In this document: piece after piece, positions 44,503 to 57,929 of the stretch
Position numbering within the stretch: the stretch's first letter is position 1
How the letters are laid out: every line of letters starts with the position of its first letter
From: Octopus vulgaris
Lineage: Eukaryota
Length of the DNA: 64,000 nt
Reading direction: 5' to 3'
Assembly: GCA_951406725.2 (NCBI GenBank)
Contig: OX597832.1
Span: 66,216,001-66,280,000 of the forward strand
The notes under the pieces: model-generated
Seen by the model: only the letters and a program-made list of their open reading frames with translations
What the model was told of the DNA's origin: nothing
The model's database searches: none
Position numbers and translations under genes: made by a program

Positions 44503-45335
44503 CTTGCATTTTGCTAGCAAGATTCTATACGTGAATTCGTGTGTTGAAGTATATTTCATTGTGTCTGGGGAGAGTATTTCTCTGTTAGGGCGTTATTAAT
44601 TTAACACAGTCACCGATTTCCACTCATTTACTTATTTATTTTTATTAAAATTTTCGTTGTAACTTGCAAATTTTCAATAGTCGTTGAATGTGTCCGCTTT
44701 CAGAATAGTGTTTCTTTGTACGCATGCGTGTCCGTCAGTGTGCCTGCGCAAACACATATGTATGTGTAAATATGTGTGTGTGTGTACATATACATATGTA
44801 TACAAGTGTGCACGTTTGTATGTATGTATGTACTCTGCATGTTTGTGTGTATGCAGGTAGGTGTGTATATGCATACAAGCGTGCACACATGCATACATAT
44901 GTATATGCATACTCACACATACATATATACTTGCATACACACATACAGCATATATACATAAATGCATACATACTTGCATAGATACATATGTCTATGCACC
45001 AGTACCGTGACGCACAGGCATGCGTACAAACAAAGAACGTAATTCCGATGACGAACAGAGTCAAGAGATATTGAAGATGTTGCAAGTAGCAACGAAAATT
45101 TCAGTAAAAATTAATGACTGAAAATCGGTGAATCTGTTACATTAATAAGGCACTAAAAGGAAATAACGCTCCCCAAATAGAATAATATATACATATACAT
45201 ATATATGTATATGATAAATATATGTGTATGAGTATAGGTATATGTATATATACAGAGAACGTAAAGATCCGGAAGCAAAGACTGCAGGTCCCCCTCCCCT
45301 CCACTAACGGTTCTGCCAGCTAGAAGAATAACGAC

Positions 45336-45368
<33 letters not shown>

Positions 45369-45659
45369 ATATATATATCTTTGTCTGCTATGCTGACCAC
45401 TGTCTCGCCCTACCTCACACGCCTACACACAGACGCACACACTAACACATACATATATTTTTTGTTTGTTTATCTCGCCTCACACACACACATACACACA
45501 CGCACACGCACACACTCACACATACACACACATCTGTTGCGTTACCAACCTTGTCTCCACTCTTTTGCCTTTAAAAACCTACTTTGCTCTTGTTATCGTA
45601 AACATCCGCCTTTCACCATGTGTAACTCGTAAACACCAGTCGTTTTTTCTCTATCCCTG

Positions 45660-46030
45660 TTGCCCCCCTCTGGGATCTTTCTTTCCTCTCTCTTCCTTCT
45701 TTATGTTTCCGACGAAGAGCTCCGCTCGAAACGTCATACCTCCCTGCTTCCATTTCCTGAGCGCCTATTAATAATAATACTGTAATTGTTCCATTGTTGT
45801 TGTTTTTTTGTTTCCCGTTTGGATTAAAATTATATATATATATATATATATATAGTTAATCCAAACAAGAAAACACAGAAAAAAAGAGAAAAAAAAACAC
45901 AGCAACGCAGGACGTGGAACAATTAAAGTATTATTGACGCTCAGAAAAGAAGGGAAGGAGGGTTTAACGTTTCGAGCGGAGCTCTTCGTTGGAAACAAGG
46001 AGAAGGAAAGATCCCAAGGAGGGAAGACAG
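45660..46030. mobile_element. Tail-to-tail inverted pair of PLE-type terminal repeats around (TA)n, each with a minimal HHR-like motif
   Basis: Plus: GTTT-CCGACGA-A-GAGC-TCC-GCTC-GAAA-CG-TC-ATAC (45705-45739). Minus: GTTT-CCAACGA-A-GAGC-TCC-GCTC-GAAA-CG-TT-AAAC (45962-45996). (TA)n at 45831-45854. Confidence 0.75.
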
Positions 46031-46319
46031 AGGAGACAATATTTGAGCTGGTGGTGCTTAAGAGATCACATGTTGAAAAGAACAGAATTTGGAGGTAGTT
46101 GAAAAATGGTTTTATAATGCAAGAGAGTTCCAAAAAAGGGAATGCATATGTGTGTGTGTGTGTGTGCAAGATGACAAGTGTGTTTGTGCGTGCGTGTGTG
46201 TGTGTGTGTGTATTTTTTTGATGAATGAAGGTAACGACAAAGCCAGCTGTGGTGATGACTGCTAGCTGTTTGTGTCAAGCTAGGTCAAAGCCAGGTCAAA
46301 AAACAAAGGGCTATATGTA

Positions 46320-48650
46320 TCATAGTGTATGTGTTGTTTGTAGTGTGTGTGTGTGTGCATGTGTGTGTTCGTGTGTGTATGCGTAGAGTGTGGGTGTGTG
46401 GCGTAACCTAGTACGTCTGTGCTTGTACGTGCGTGTGTGTGTGTAGGGATGTATATGTGGGTTTATTTGTGTGAGAGTGTATGTATGTACGTGTATGTAT
46501 GTGTTTGTGTGTATGTGTGCGTGCGCGGATAGGTGTATATTGTGTATGTATATCTGTCGGTATGTATGTGAGTTTGTGTGTGTTTGTACGCGTTTATGTG
46601 TGTGTGAGTGTATAGTATATATATATGTAAATGTGTGTGTGTGTGTGTGTACGTGCGTGCTAGTGAATGTATGTATATGTGTGCGTGTGTACAATGTAGG
46701 GGCTTATATGTGTGTTTATATGTGTGTGTATGTATGTGTGTATGTGTGTATGTGTATGTATGTATATGTATGCGTGTGTGTATGTATGTATGTGTGTATG
46801 TGTGTGTGTGTATGTGTGTATGCATGCGTGTGTGTATGTATGTATGTGTGTGTGTGTATGTGTGTATGTATGTATGTGTGTATGTATGTGTGTGTATGTA
46901 TGTATGTACGTACGTATGTATGTATGTGTGTGTATATGTATGTATGTACCTATGTGTGTATGTATGTATTTTTTCATGCGTGTATGTGTGTATGTGCGTG
47001 TGTGTACATATGTATGTTTATGTATGCGTATGTATGTATGTATTTATGTATGTGTGTGTGTATGTATGTATGTGTGCATGCGTGTATGTGTGCATGTGTG
47101 TGTATGTATGTATATATATGTATGTGTATGTGTGTGTATGTATATGTGTGTGTGTATGTGCGTATGTATGTGTGTGTATGTGTGTGTATGTATGTATGTA
47201 TGTATGTATGTGTATGTGTGTAAGTTTGTGTGTATGTATGTATGTATGTACGTGTGTGTGTATGTATGTATGTGTGCGTGCGTGCGTGTATGTGTGTGTG
47301 TATGTATGTATATGTATGTTTGTGTATGTATGTATCTATGTATGTATGTGTGTTTGTATGTGTGTATATATGTATGTATGTGTGTATGTGTGTGTGTATG
47401 TGTGTGTGTATGTGTGTAAGTGTGTATGTATGTGTGTGTATGTAAGTGTGTGTGTATGTATTTATGGACGGGTGTATGTGTGTAAGTGTGTGTGTGTATG
47501 TGTATGTATGTATGTATATGTACGCGTGGGTGTATGTATGTATGTGCGTATAGTATGTGTGTGTGTATGTATGTATGTGTCCATGCGTGTATGTGTGCAT
47601 GTGTGTGTCTGTATGTATGTATATGTATGTGTGTGTATGTATATATGTGTCTATGTATGTATTTGTGTATGTATGTGTGTATATGTGTGTGCATGTATGT
47701 GTGTGTATGTATGTATGTATGTAAGTGTGTGGGTATGTATGTGTGCATGCGTGTATGAGTGTATGTGCGTGTGTGTACGTATGTGTGTGTATGTATGTGT
47801 GTATGCATATATGCATGTGTGTATGTGTGTGTATGTAGGTGTGTATTTGTGTATGTGTGTGTGTATGTATGTATATGTATGTGTGTGTATGTGTGTATGT
47901 ATGTGTTTGTGTGTATGTGTGTGTATGTATGTTTGTGTGTATGTGTGTATCTGTGTATGTATGTGTGTTGTATGTATGTATGTATGTATGTGTGTGTGTA
48001 CGTGTGTGTATGTATGCATGTATGTATGTGTGTGTATGTATGTGTGCGTGCGTGTGTGTGTGGGTTTGTGTGTGTATGTATGTGTGTATGTATATGTATA
48101 TGTGTTTATGTATGTATGTGTATGTAAGTGTGTGTGTGAATGTATGTATGTGTGCATATGTGTATGTATGTGTGTGTGTATGTACGTGTCTGTATATATG
48201 TATGTGTGTGTGTATATATGTATTTATGTATGTATGTACGTATGTATGTATGTATGTATGTATGTATGTATGTATGAATGTATGTATGTATGCATGTATG
48301 AATGTATGTATGTATGTATGTGTGCGTGTGTGTGTATGTATGTATGTATGAATGTATCTATGTATGTATTATGTGTGTGTGTGAATCAATACGTGTGGGG
48401 GGTTGGAGTGTGTGGGCGTAAGGTACATGTGCGTGTGTGCGCTTACGTGCGTGTACCTGTGCGTCCCAGGTGTTTATAGGAGTGTGCGTATCTGTATGAG
48501 TATTGTCCCTGGTGTGTGTGTGTGCACGTGGGGGTGTGGGGGGTGTATGGGTGTGGAAGTATGTGTGCGTACATGTGCATGTACGTTGTGTGTGTGTGGT
48601 GTGTTGGGAGTAGGTGTGTACGTGGGTACGTGAGTATGTGTGTGTGTGTG
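46320..48650. repeat. ~2.3-kb compound (TG/TA/TATG) microsatellite field
   Basis: Continuous degenerate TG/TATG repeats. Confidence 0.95.
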
Positions 48651-48740
48651 ACTGCATAAGGACAATTATATATATTGGTAAAAACAGTAAGATAACAAAA
48701 GAAAGAAACAGACCTGAATATTATGTAAATGGAGCTGGCC

Positions 48741-48803
48741 AGATAACCGAAGAGATGGTGTTGTGGTTTTCCACTTCGGCATCCGATACTCAGAATTTTA
48801 TCT
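48741..48803 (+). ncRNA. HHR-like motif in a PLE-type repeat (decayed copy of 52527-52585)
   Basis: AGATAA-CCGAAGA-GATG..CATC-C-GATA-CTCAGAA-TT-TTATCT. Confidence 0.45.
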
Positions 48804-48824
48804 TGACTATTGTATAATTGTAAC

Positions 48825-48900
<76 letters not shown>

Positions 48901-49147
48901 TGTGTGTATGTACACATATTAATTCATGACAGTTTATGCATTTGTGATGTGAACAAACTCGAAATCTAGCTGTCGCTTCTGCATTGGTCCCCAGATGGAC
49001 GGGGGTACACAATAAACCTACACCTGTATCTATACAGGCATATATATACGTACATTCGCAAAGACACGCACATAGACACAAATACAAACACGCCATAAAA
49101 GCACGCACACATAAACATTACAGAAACGTGTATATATATATATATAT

Positions 49148-50217
49148 CTTCTTCCCGTCTGTCTTGATAGACAATGGGTCGCGCCAAGGGTGGGGCCTAC
49201 TTTGATGATGAGCAGCGTCTGCTGTGACTGAACAGTCCAATTCTAGAGTGGCAGTCCCTGGTACAGTTGCTGCACACGAACATCGATGAGTACGTTTGGG
49301 GTGTTGCTGCAGTTGTCCTCCTCCTGTCCCGCCTGTCCGACCACAGCTGTGCTCTCCTTTCCTCAGCCATGGAAACGCCTTTCCTCACTGTCCGACGCCA
49401 GGCAGCGCGGTCAGCAGCTGTTACCTCCCACGTGTCCACACAGATGTTGGCAGTCCTCAGGTCGCGCTTGCGCACATCCCTGTATCGTAGCTGTGGACGT
49501 CCCTCGGGTCGGGATCCCGTTGTGTGTTCGCTGTACAGGATGTCTTTAGGCATGCGACTGTCCTGCATGCGGCAGACGTGTCCGAGCCAGCGCAGTCGTC
49601 TCCGCACGAGGAGGGCATGCATGCTTGGCATATTAGTCTGTTCTAGGATGACTCCGTTTGGTACTCGGTCCTTCCAGGAGATGCCAAGGATCCGTCGAAG
49701 ACACCGCATGTGGAAGCCGCTGAGGCGGCATTCTTGCCGGGTGTATGTTGTCCAGCTCTCGCTGCCGTAGAGTAGGGTGCTCGGCACGCAGGCTCGGTAC
49801 ACTGCGATCTTGGTGGTTATTGTGAGCATGTTGTTTTCCCACACACTCCTGGAGAGCTTAGCCATGGCAGCAGCAGCCTTCCCAATCCGTCTGTTCAGCT
49901 CCGGCTCGAGGGACAGGCTGCTGGAGACCGTCGATCCCAGGTAAGTGAACTCGTTCACCACCTGCAAGCTGTGGTCGCCGACAATGATGCTGGGGACCCC
50001 TCCGACGTCCTGGCCCATGATCTCTGTCTTTTTCAGGCCGATGGTAAGGCCGAGCTCTTGGCAGGCATCCGCCAGGGAGCTGACCAGCCTCTGGAGACCC
50101 GGCTGGTTGTGTGATGTTAGGGCGGCATCGTCAGCAAAGAGGATCTCTCTGATCAGCACCTGACGGACTTTGGTCTTAGCTCTGAGGCGCGCAAGATTGA
50201 ACAATCCACCATCATCC

Positions 50218-50219
<2 letters not shown>
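49148..50219 (-). mobile_element. Young 5'-truncated RTE/BovB-like LINE in (TA)n
   Basis: Uninterrupted 340-aa ORF: GGLFNLARLRAKTK, LFADDAAL, FTYLGS, LLYGSESW, RLRWLGHV, C-terminal CSNC..HSRIGLFSH; short 3' UTR; (TA)n on both sides. Confidence 0.95.
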
Positions 50220-50274
<55 letters not shown>

Positions 50275-50317
50275 TAAGTAAATGGAGTTGAACGAAGATG
50301 TTATTAAAATTATTTTA

Positions 50318-50400
50318 CTTTCGACATAAGTTTCAAAGACAACATTGGTTTTATTCCAAAGGAATAAACGGTGTGTAATGCAGTCTTCTAATCAGGAAAG
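50318..50400 (-). ncRNA. Type I HHR motif with mutated core
   Basis: CTTTC-CTGATTA-GAAGAC..GTCTTT-GAAA-CTTATG-TC-GAAAG; G8 replaced by U; GUC site; 3' flank runs into (TA)n at 50221-50272. Confidence 0.65.
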
Positions 50401-50554
50401 AAAGAGAGCCTATCTCAACAACAAGACATTATAACAAATACGATGACTGCCTAAATGATAAAGAGAACGTTATTAAATATTAAAAAAAAACCGTTAGTAG
50501 ATTTGACGTCAAAGGCAGATACTATATAAGCATTTTTAGAGATGTAACGTATAA

Positions 50555-50875
50555 TAGCCATCTCAATATGGCTAACCACAAAGGGGGGGGGGCTTACTGT
50601 AGCTTTTTACGTTCTGAGATTTAATAATTTTTTAGAGAGTTACTTCTCTTATATATGCCAAAAATGCATTAAAAATGTGAAAAATTGATGGTCATTTTTT
50701 TTTTAATCGTAGACTCATCGTAGCCGCGCGCTAATACCCAGAAGGGATCGATATGAGTCACGACTATAAGATACCCGGTTTTGGTTAAACTGCACCGCAA
50801 AATGTGGAAGTAGTTAGGAATCTAAATCGTAGGAGACAGACAGCACACAACCTCTCTTTTATATATAAAGATATA
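50555..50875 (+). mobile_element. Non-autonomous Helitron/Helentron-like 3' portion
   Basis: Ends ACAGACAGCACACAACCTCTCTTTTATATATAAAGAT, the same terminal style as the 22-24 kb cluster. Confidence 0.5.
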
Positions 50876-50989
50876 TATATAGATATATACATATATATAG
50901 AGAGAGAGATATATACATATATATATATATATAGATATATATATATATACATATAGATAGATATATATACATACATACATATATATATA

Positions 50990-51117
50990 TAGTTAATCCA
51001 AACAAGAAAGCAAGAAAAAAAACTCAACAATGCGAGGACGTGGAACAAATATAGTATTATTGGACGCTCAGGAAAGAAGGAAAGAAGGAGGGTTTAACGT
51101 TTCGAGCGGAGCTCTTC
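50990..51117 (-). mobile_element. Third copy of the 45.7-kb PLE-type repeat, truncated within the HHR core
   Basis: GGTTTAACGTTTCGAGCGGAGCTCTTC is shared with 45961-45987; 3' end abuts a TA-rich tract. Confidence 0.75.
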
Positions 51118-51552
51118 ACGCTGCGCCAATCAATGTGTTTGTTCCCCACTTCCTGAGATTCGACTGAAATGTTTGATACGAGGGAATGTGTTTCAATCGT
51201 TACATTTAGCAGAACGTGCACTTTTCATAGGGGCTTTCTAGTTGACCTGTTCGACGTATATTATCTGTACTGATTTAGGAGAGCGATATTGTATGTATAG
51301 CTGTAAATATCTTAAATATTTACTTTGTAATTCTTAACTTATATTGTTCATAACGCTCTAGAAATAATCTTCATCATATACATACCGTGCGAAATATACA
51401 ATATATACATAGATATACACACAAAGTTTTTGTGTGCGTGTCTACATGTGTATATATACATATGTATATAAAATACCTGTACATCATCTACAAAACTTCC
51501 AATACATATGTATATATATATGTATACGTACACACACATATATATACAAATG

Positions 51553-51605
<53 letters not shown>

Positions 51606-52445
51606 GCACATATTCACGCACATATATATCCATGTACATATATAAATGTATAAGAAAAATAAGAAAAGTTACAGAAACATCAATAACAACAACAACAACC
51701 AAACAGACCTAACTAATTCCAAGTTACGAGTAGCCACTTAAAAATGACTGGGAATCTGCAGTAAATTTGGAATATGTGAGCAGAAATTGATATGTTTATG
51801 AACTTGCTAGTCAGCACCACAGGAAATTGGCAATACACATTGTAGGTCTAGGTCTATTAACGTAACACAGCATAAAGAAAAATAAAACCCAAAACAAATG
51901 CAAAAACAAAAAAAAATAATGGTTCACTCACAATAGTAATACTACAAAAATTGACAGAAGACGGAGAACAAAATGGAAGCAAGATTTAAAGTGTAGCAAA
52001 GGCGGAAATCGAGTTTTCGAAGTATCTTAATATATCTGGTAGAAGCGTTAGATTTTATTGAAAATAGTATAATGTTAGCTTCCATTTACGTTAAATTCTC
52101 CTTCGTCTCTCTTATTTGGCAAGAACTGCATATATAACATCGTAAAATGAGTAAGATATGCATTTTGATTGGTTTAAATTTAGCATTAATCCCTAAGGGT
52201 CATTTTCGTTTGAATTGTGAGTCAAAGTTTGATAATAGGCCGCTTAATTTTGTAGTTTTCCATTTATCTCATGCCGAACATTTCCCACGGGACTTTATGT
52301 CATGGGTTTATACATATAGACATTTATACACTGATAAATACAGAGATGCTTATATATCTAAATACCTAACATATATATATGCACGCATATATATACACAG
52401 ACCGACACACACACACACTCTCTCTCTCTCTCACACACACACTTG

Positions 52446-52526
<81 letters not shown>

Positions 52527-52529
<3 letters not shown>

Positions 52530-52675
52530 ACCGAAGAGATGGTGTTGTGGTTTTCCACCTTGGCATCCGAAACTCAGAGTTTTATCTTGGCTACTGAATA
52601 ATTGTCACATAAGATTTTACAATAAATTCCCCTATTTACGTAATATTGAGGTCGCTTTCTTTCTTTTGTTATCTC

Positions 52676-52680
<5 letters not shown>
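52527..52680 (+). mobile_element. PLE-type repeat with HHR-like motif between two (TA)n tracts
   Basis: ATAA-CCGAAGA-GATG..CATC-C-GAAA-CTCAGAG-TT-TTAT; the 3' part is the reverse complement of 48685-48730. Confidence 0.6.
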
Positions 52681-52706
<26 letters not shown>

Positions 52707-52843
52707 CATTCGTACGTACGAAGGAAAGGCGCACGCGTCACTCGGAAGTTATATATCTGTATACAACGTAATAAATACAAAATCGATGTAAAATTTCGTA
52801 TTTACTTGATTTGACATAAAATACCACTACAGATTTATTTATG

Positions 52844-52928
<85 letters not shown>

Positions 52929-53288
52929 CTGTATTTACATTCATATATTCAGTGATAATCGTGTATACACATATACTGATATTTAAAATATAACACGATA
53001 GATTAAAGATAGGAGAAGTGATATTCAAATTTAATGAAAAATGCATATATGAAAGAATCAGGACAAAGTTTAAAATGGAATATGGTAAAAATGGCCTGTA
53101 GGTAACATATTCCTAATAGTGAAAGAGGTAAAATTATATAAGGTGAAATACTTAGTATCGTTACTACCAATAATATCACTAGTTTTCAAGCAAAACAAAA
53201 ACAGCTCACGCCAGTGCAACCAATAAGAACACCAGCAGCGACGCCGACGACGTCGACGATGATGACGATAACGACGATGACGATGATG

Positions 53289-53357
<69 letters not shown>

Positions 53358-53561
53358 GTGATGATGATGATGGTAATGATGATGATAATGACGGTGACAT
53401 AAACAATCATAATAATATTTCTATAGTAAATTGTATATAAAATGAAAATATCAAAAATAGCCTTCAAGATAGCGATACATGTTTAGTAATGGCGACTTCG
53501 GTCACAGATTTTCCTTTCAGAAGAATATGTCCCATGTAACTCTATACTCCATAGACCAAAG

Positions 53562-53635
<74 letters not shown>

Positions 53636-53792
53636 ATATATATCTATATATGTTCGTGTGTATGTGCATATATATAAATATGTATATTACTATATAAATA
53701 TATATACATATATGTATGTAAGTTTGTCAATGTGTATCTATCTACTTATCTATCTATATCTATCTATCTAGTTCTTTCTCTCTCACTCTCTG

Positions 53793-53828
<36 letters not shown>

Positions 53829-54042
53829 CACACATAGATAAATTATATGTATACTTACCGTTTACACTTCTTGAGCGCTAAAGCAAGTTTATCCTCACCG
53901 TGACACCTGATAGTATCCTAGTTATGATGAGTCTTGGTAATTATTAATGGTTCTGAAACTTTTTCAGACCTCTTTTCTGACTATACATATAATGAATAAA
54001 TATAACTAACCTCTCTCTATCTCGCAGTCTCTGTCTGTCTGC

Positions 54043-54086
<44 letters not shown>

Positions 54087-54194
54087 ATGTATATATATAT
54101 ATATATATACCACACACACACACACACACACACACACCTACATACACATATATATATATATATACGCATACATAAACGCACACATACATAGATT

Positions 54195-54375
54195 TAAACT
54201 TTTAGCACAAGGCCAGCTATTTGGAGATAGGGTATTAGTCGATTACATCGACCCTAGTGCATGACTGGTACCTATTTTTCTGATCCTGAAAGGATAAAAG
54301 GGAATATCATACTCGGCGGAATTTGAACTCAGATTGTAAAAGAGGAAGAAATGGAAATAAATTTATTCCCGGCAT
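54195..54375 (-). mobile_element. tRNA-derived SINE (60650 family), decayed
   Basis: CTCGGCGGAATTTGAACTCAGA and CCTGAAAGGATAAAAGG. Confidence 0.75.
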
Positions 54376-56794
54376 GATAAACATTGTCTTCGAGTTCTAG
54401 GTTGCCCATTCCTTTGATGCTCTCCCTAGAGGTAAGACGATTTGTCTTTTTTATATTCGCCGTTCACACCACATCTTCGCCTCTATACATTCAGTGAAGC
54501 TTAAACTAGCGTCGAACGGTTATCGACTGCTATTTCCAGCAAAAAGTGGTACCTTGTTGCGCGACTATTCCCTATATTCTTTTAGTCTTTTATTTGACTG
54601 CGGCCATGCTGGAGCACGAGAAAAAAGACAACAGGAAAAAACTGCAAGGCGAGAACTTGCGACTAACTTTGGCTACCTAATTCGCGGAATTCTATCTACC
54701 ATCGGATTACATTACTTTATTCATTCGGAATACGCTCCTTACGTGTGTGTGTGTGTGTGTGTGTGTGTTTACATACACGCATACTTGTCAAGTAGGTACA
54801 ATGACACAAGAACATAGAATTTCGTCGCAATGCACATTTGAAGCTGGATTGGTGCATTGGTATGAAACATTCGAGCATGCGAGAAGTTAAAATTCAGTCT
54901 CCATTTTCTTCTAATCCTACACTCTTATTCTAGTGTCTACCGTCTCCTAACTAGTGTTATTCGATTGTTTTTCTATAATTTTTGTATATATATATTCTTT
55001 ACTTTAACATTAATTGTACCTCCATCATATAATTATATGTGTGCAAGTATCCCGATTAGTTTTTTACTTTTTACTCAATGGATACATACTGGTTTAGTTT
55101 GATATCGTTCTACCTAATTTTGTAGATAAGTATATAATTGATTGCATTGACGAGGTCCGTGTTTAATTATAGACATTCGTGTATGTCGCATTATTTTTTA
55201 ACGGTAATTTACATCTTGAAGATATGAATACATTTCTTGCGTGCGTTATGTAATTATCTCTCTCTGTATATATATTTGTAGAAGAATTTTCCATTTCCGT
55301 CCATAATGTTCACACACTATTGTTAAACTTCTATTTTGAGTTAGATTTCTTTAACTTCCTAACTACGAATATATCTTTCCATGCCAATATATATATATAC
55401 ATACATACATACATACATACATACATACATACATACAAACATACATATATGTATACATGCACACACACACATTTATATATGTATATGTATATGTGTGTGA
55501 GTGTGTCTGAATTTGCGACTGTTTGTGTGTTTATGAATATATGTATTTGCATATGTTTGTAGTAATAATAGAGATAAGTTAAATAAGTTTCAGCCATTAC
55601 TTTCCTTGGACATGTAACTTTATATTACCACTTGGTGAAATCTGTACGTCTGATTTTGGGACATTGCCGCCATCATCAAAATGTCGTTTTTACTCGATGT
55701 TACTTGAATTTATCCAGTTCCGTTGAAACTTAATTAAATATATTTTTTCTTTTATTACCTGTTGGGATATTGATGGAGACGCATGACAAGTTGAGGATAA
55801 AATGTTGTCAATGTGTTGATTTGTGATATGAAATTGATTTTTATATCGAACGAGCGCCTAGCTTTTATTGATTTGTGAACTCTATGACAATATCATTGCA
55901 TCAATGCTGATGCAATAATTTCTATGAAGTACCTATCGGGGATGTAAACGATAACGTTATAAAGATTAGAGCGTGAAATGTACGAGGCGATCCTAGTGGA
56001 GAAATCCTGTTATGCTAATTAGTTAATTATATAAATATTTAATATCTGAATTATGAGGTGCTTCATTTTTCATATTTCCTTCATAGAGAGAATATTGTGG
56101 GCAATATTACTATTGGTACGTCCGCGAAATTGCAGAGGAAATAAAGGAGTATTTCATAAACCTTTTAGAAATCTATAAACCTTTTTTAATCATTCTTAAT
56201 TTCTTACATTCTTGAACTTTCAAAACTTATATATGAATATATCTAGTATGGAAAATTAAACTTTCTCTTATCATTTTTTTGCTCTTTACAACTTTTTCTT
56301 TCTTTTGTTTTAGTATTTAATTCTTAGATTTTGTTTTTACTCTATTTCGCATTTCATCTTTTATTTTATTTCACCTTCCTCTTTTTCCTTCCAAAACTCT
56401 CCTATTAACGGCGTTACTCTGTTATCCGACGAATGCTGATACTATATGGACATCTAATCTACAACGTCTAGATATATAGAACACCATTCTGTGAAGAGTT
56501 TGCTGTAAGTCTATAATTTTATTTGACGTCGTGAGGGGTTCTTCAATAAAAAGAAATACTGACTGTCAAAGTCGATGAGCTCATACGTTTTTTGGCTGTT
56601 TAAGAAAACTCTGGCATTGATTGCGCTTGCGAATCTCAATGCAAATGTTGACCACTGATGTGATACAATACTGGGAAAGGTTTTTTCCCCAACGTGGCGC
56701 AATAAAAAATAAGAAAACAACAATGCTGCACACACCTCACCATGGAGTTGCAGCAGATGAAGCAGTGGAAATTTGCCCGAAACTGTCAAGTGCC

Positions 56795-56835
<41 letters not shown>

Positions 56836-56984
56836 TTGACGATGGATCTGCTCAAGGATTTGCACAAATGATTTGTTTCTTCTGATCAAATATGTTCTGT
56901 AGAGTTGCTGACTCTTCACCAAATCGGCGTTTGAGTGCCACACTGTAACCACCATGCCATGCACCCTCACAATACAATAACAAT

Positions 56985-57175
56985 AAGAAGAAATCGGAAT
57001 TGCCATGAGAACAGAGCAAGCGTCAAAATCTGCTCTGCTGGAGACATTTAGAATGTTGAGTATCAATGCGTATGATGTGCAGAATAGATCCTGTGAGACC
57101 TTTGACAGCAGACTGTTGTCCACTCTCGTAGAATCTACCAGAACAAACAAGACCGAACGTTCTGAGAAGTAAAAC
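56985..57175 (+). mobile_element. 3' end of another R4/Dong-like family followed by (TAA)n
   Basis: IGIAMRTEQASKSALLETFRML resembles QKxALLGTARIL; then a UTR and a TAA tract. Confidence 0.5.
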
Positions 57176-57929
57176 AATAATAATAATCATAATGATGATG
57201 ATGATGATGATGAGAATGATGCAAGAAAATAATAATAATAAAAAGAAAAACGAAATTAATAAATAAATAAAACCATGCTTTATAACATTAAGGAGAGAGT
57301 TGCTCTATTATGATTTCCCAACTTGACAAATAATTTAATGATATGAATTGTAAGTGAGATCAGATATCAATTGACTGAAGTTACTTCTTTAATCATTTCT
57401 TTATTCACAAACGAAAATGACAAACTGGGCGAGAAAATCTTCTGATATATAACCTGCGTCCAATGATATTCTCCAGAGATTAGCGTCAAGCGAATGATAT
57501 TTGCCGACAGCTCTTCTTTAGGACACAAGCGAGATGCCTATCGGAGTGCAGCATTAACACTTGTTAAATTTTATTTATTGCAGCTGAGATATTTAGATTA
57601 ACGAAAATTATCTCAAGAAAGATATGTTTAAGATTTCCTGTTGTTAGTATTTTAGCTTAATGACGTATAAGTTCACTCTCATTATTTTCTTGGTGACTAT
57701 TTTTGTCGTTCGAGGTAGCCAGTTTGTATATTCATTTAAGACACCGGATGAAGGTAAGTTTCACTCTAAGTGCGTTCTCAAATGGCTGCTAAGATAGGTT
57801 CATGTTCGAGGAAGCGATTTTGAAATGCAAGCCGACAAGTGATAGGCAATGAATAGTTGAATCTTATTTTTCTTTATAGAAATCCGTTCTGAGATATGTA
57901 CTGAGGTTTATCATTTTAAACGATAGGGC

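Noticed and set aside
46608-48479. 623-aa ORF rich in C/V/M/Y and overlapping H/T/Y ORFs
   Set aside because: Translation of TG/TATG microsatellite, which lacks stops by composition.
49267-49770. 167-aa plus-strand ORF
   Set aside because: Antisense shadow of the GC-rich RTE ORF.
53915-53975. Further weak HHR-like strings (also near 55145 and 57745)
   Set aside because: Stems do not pair convincingly.
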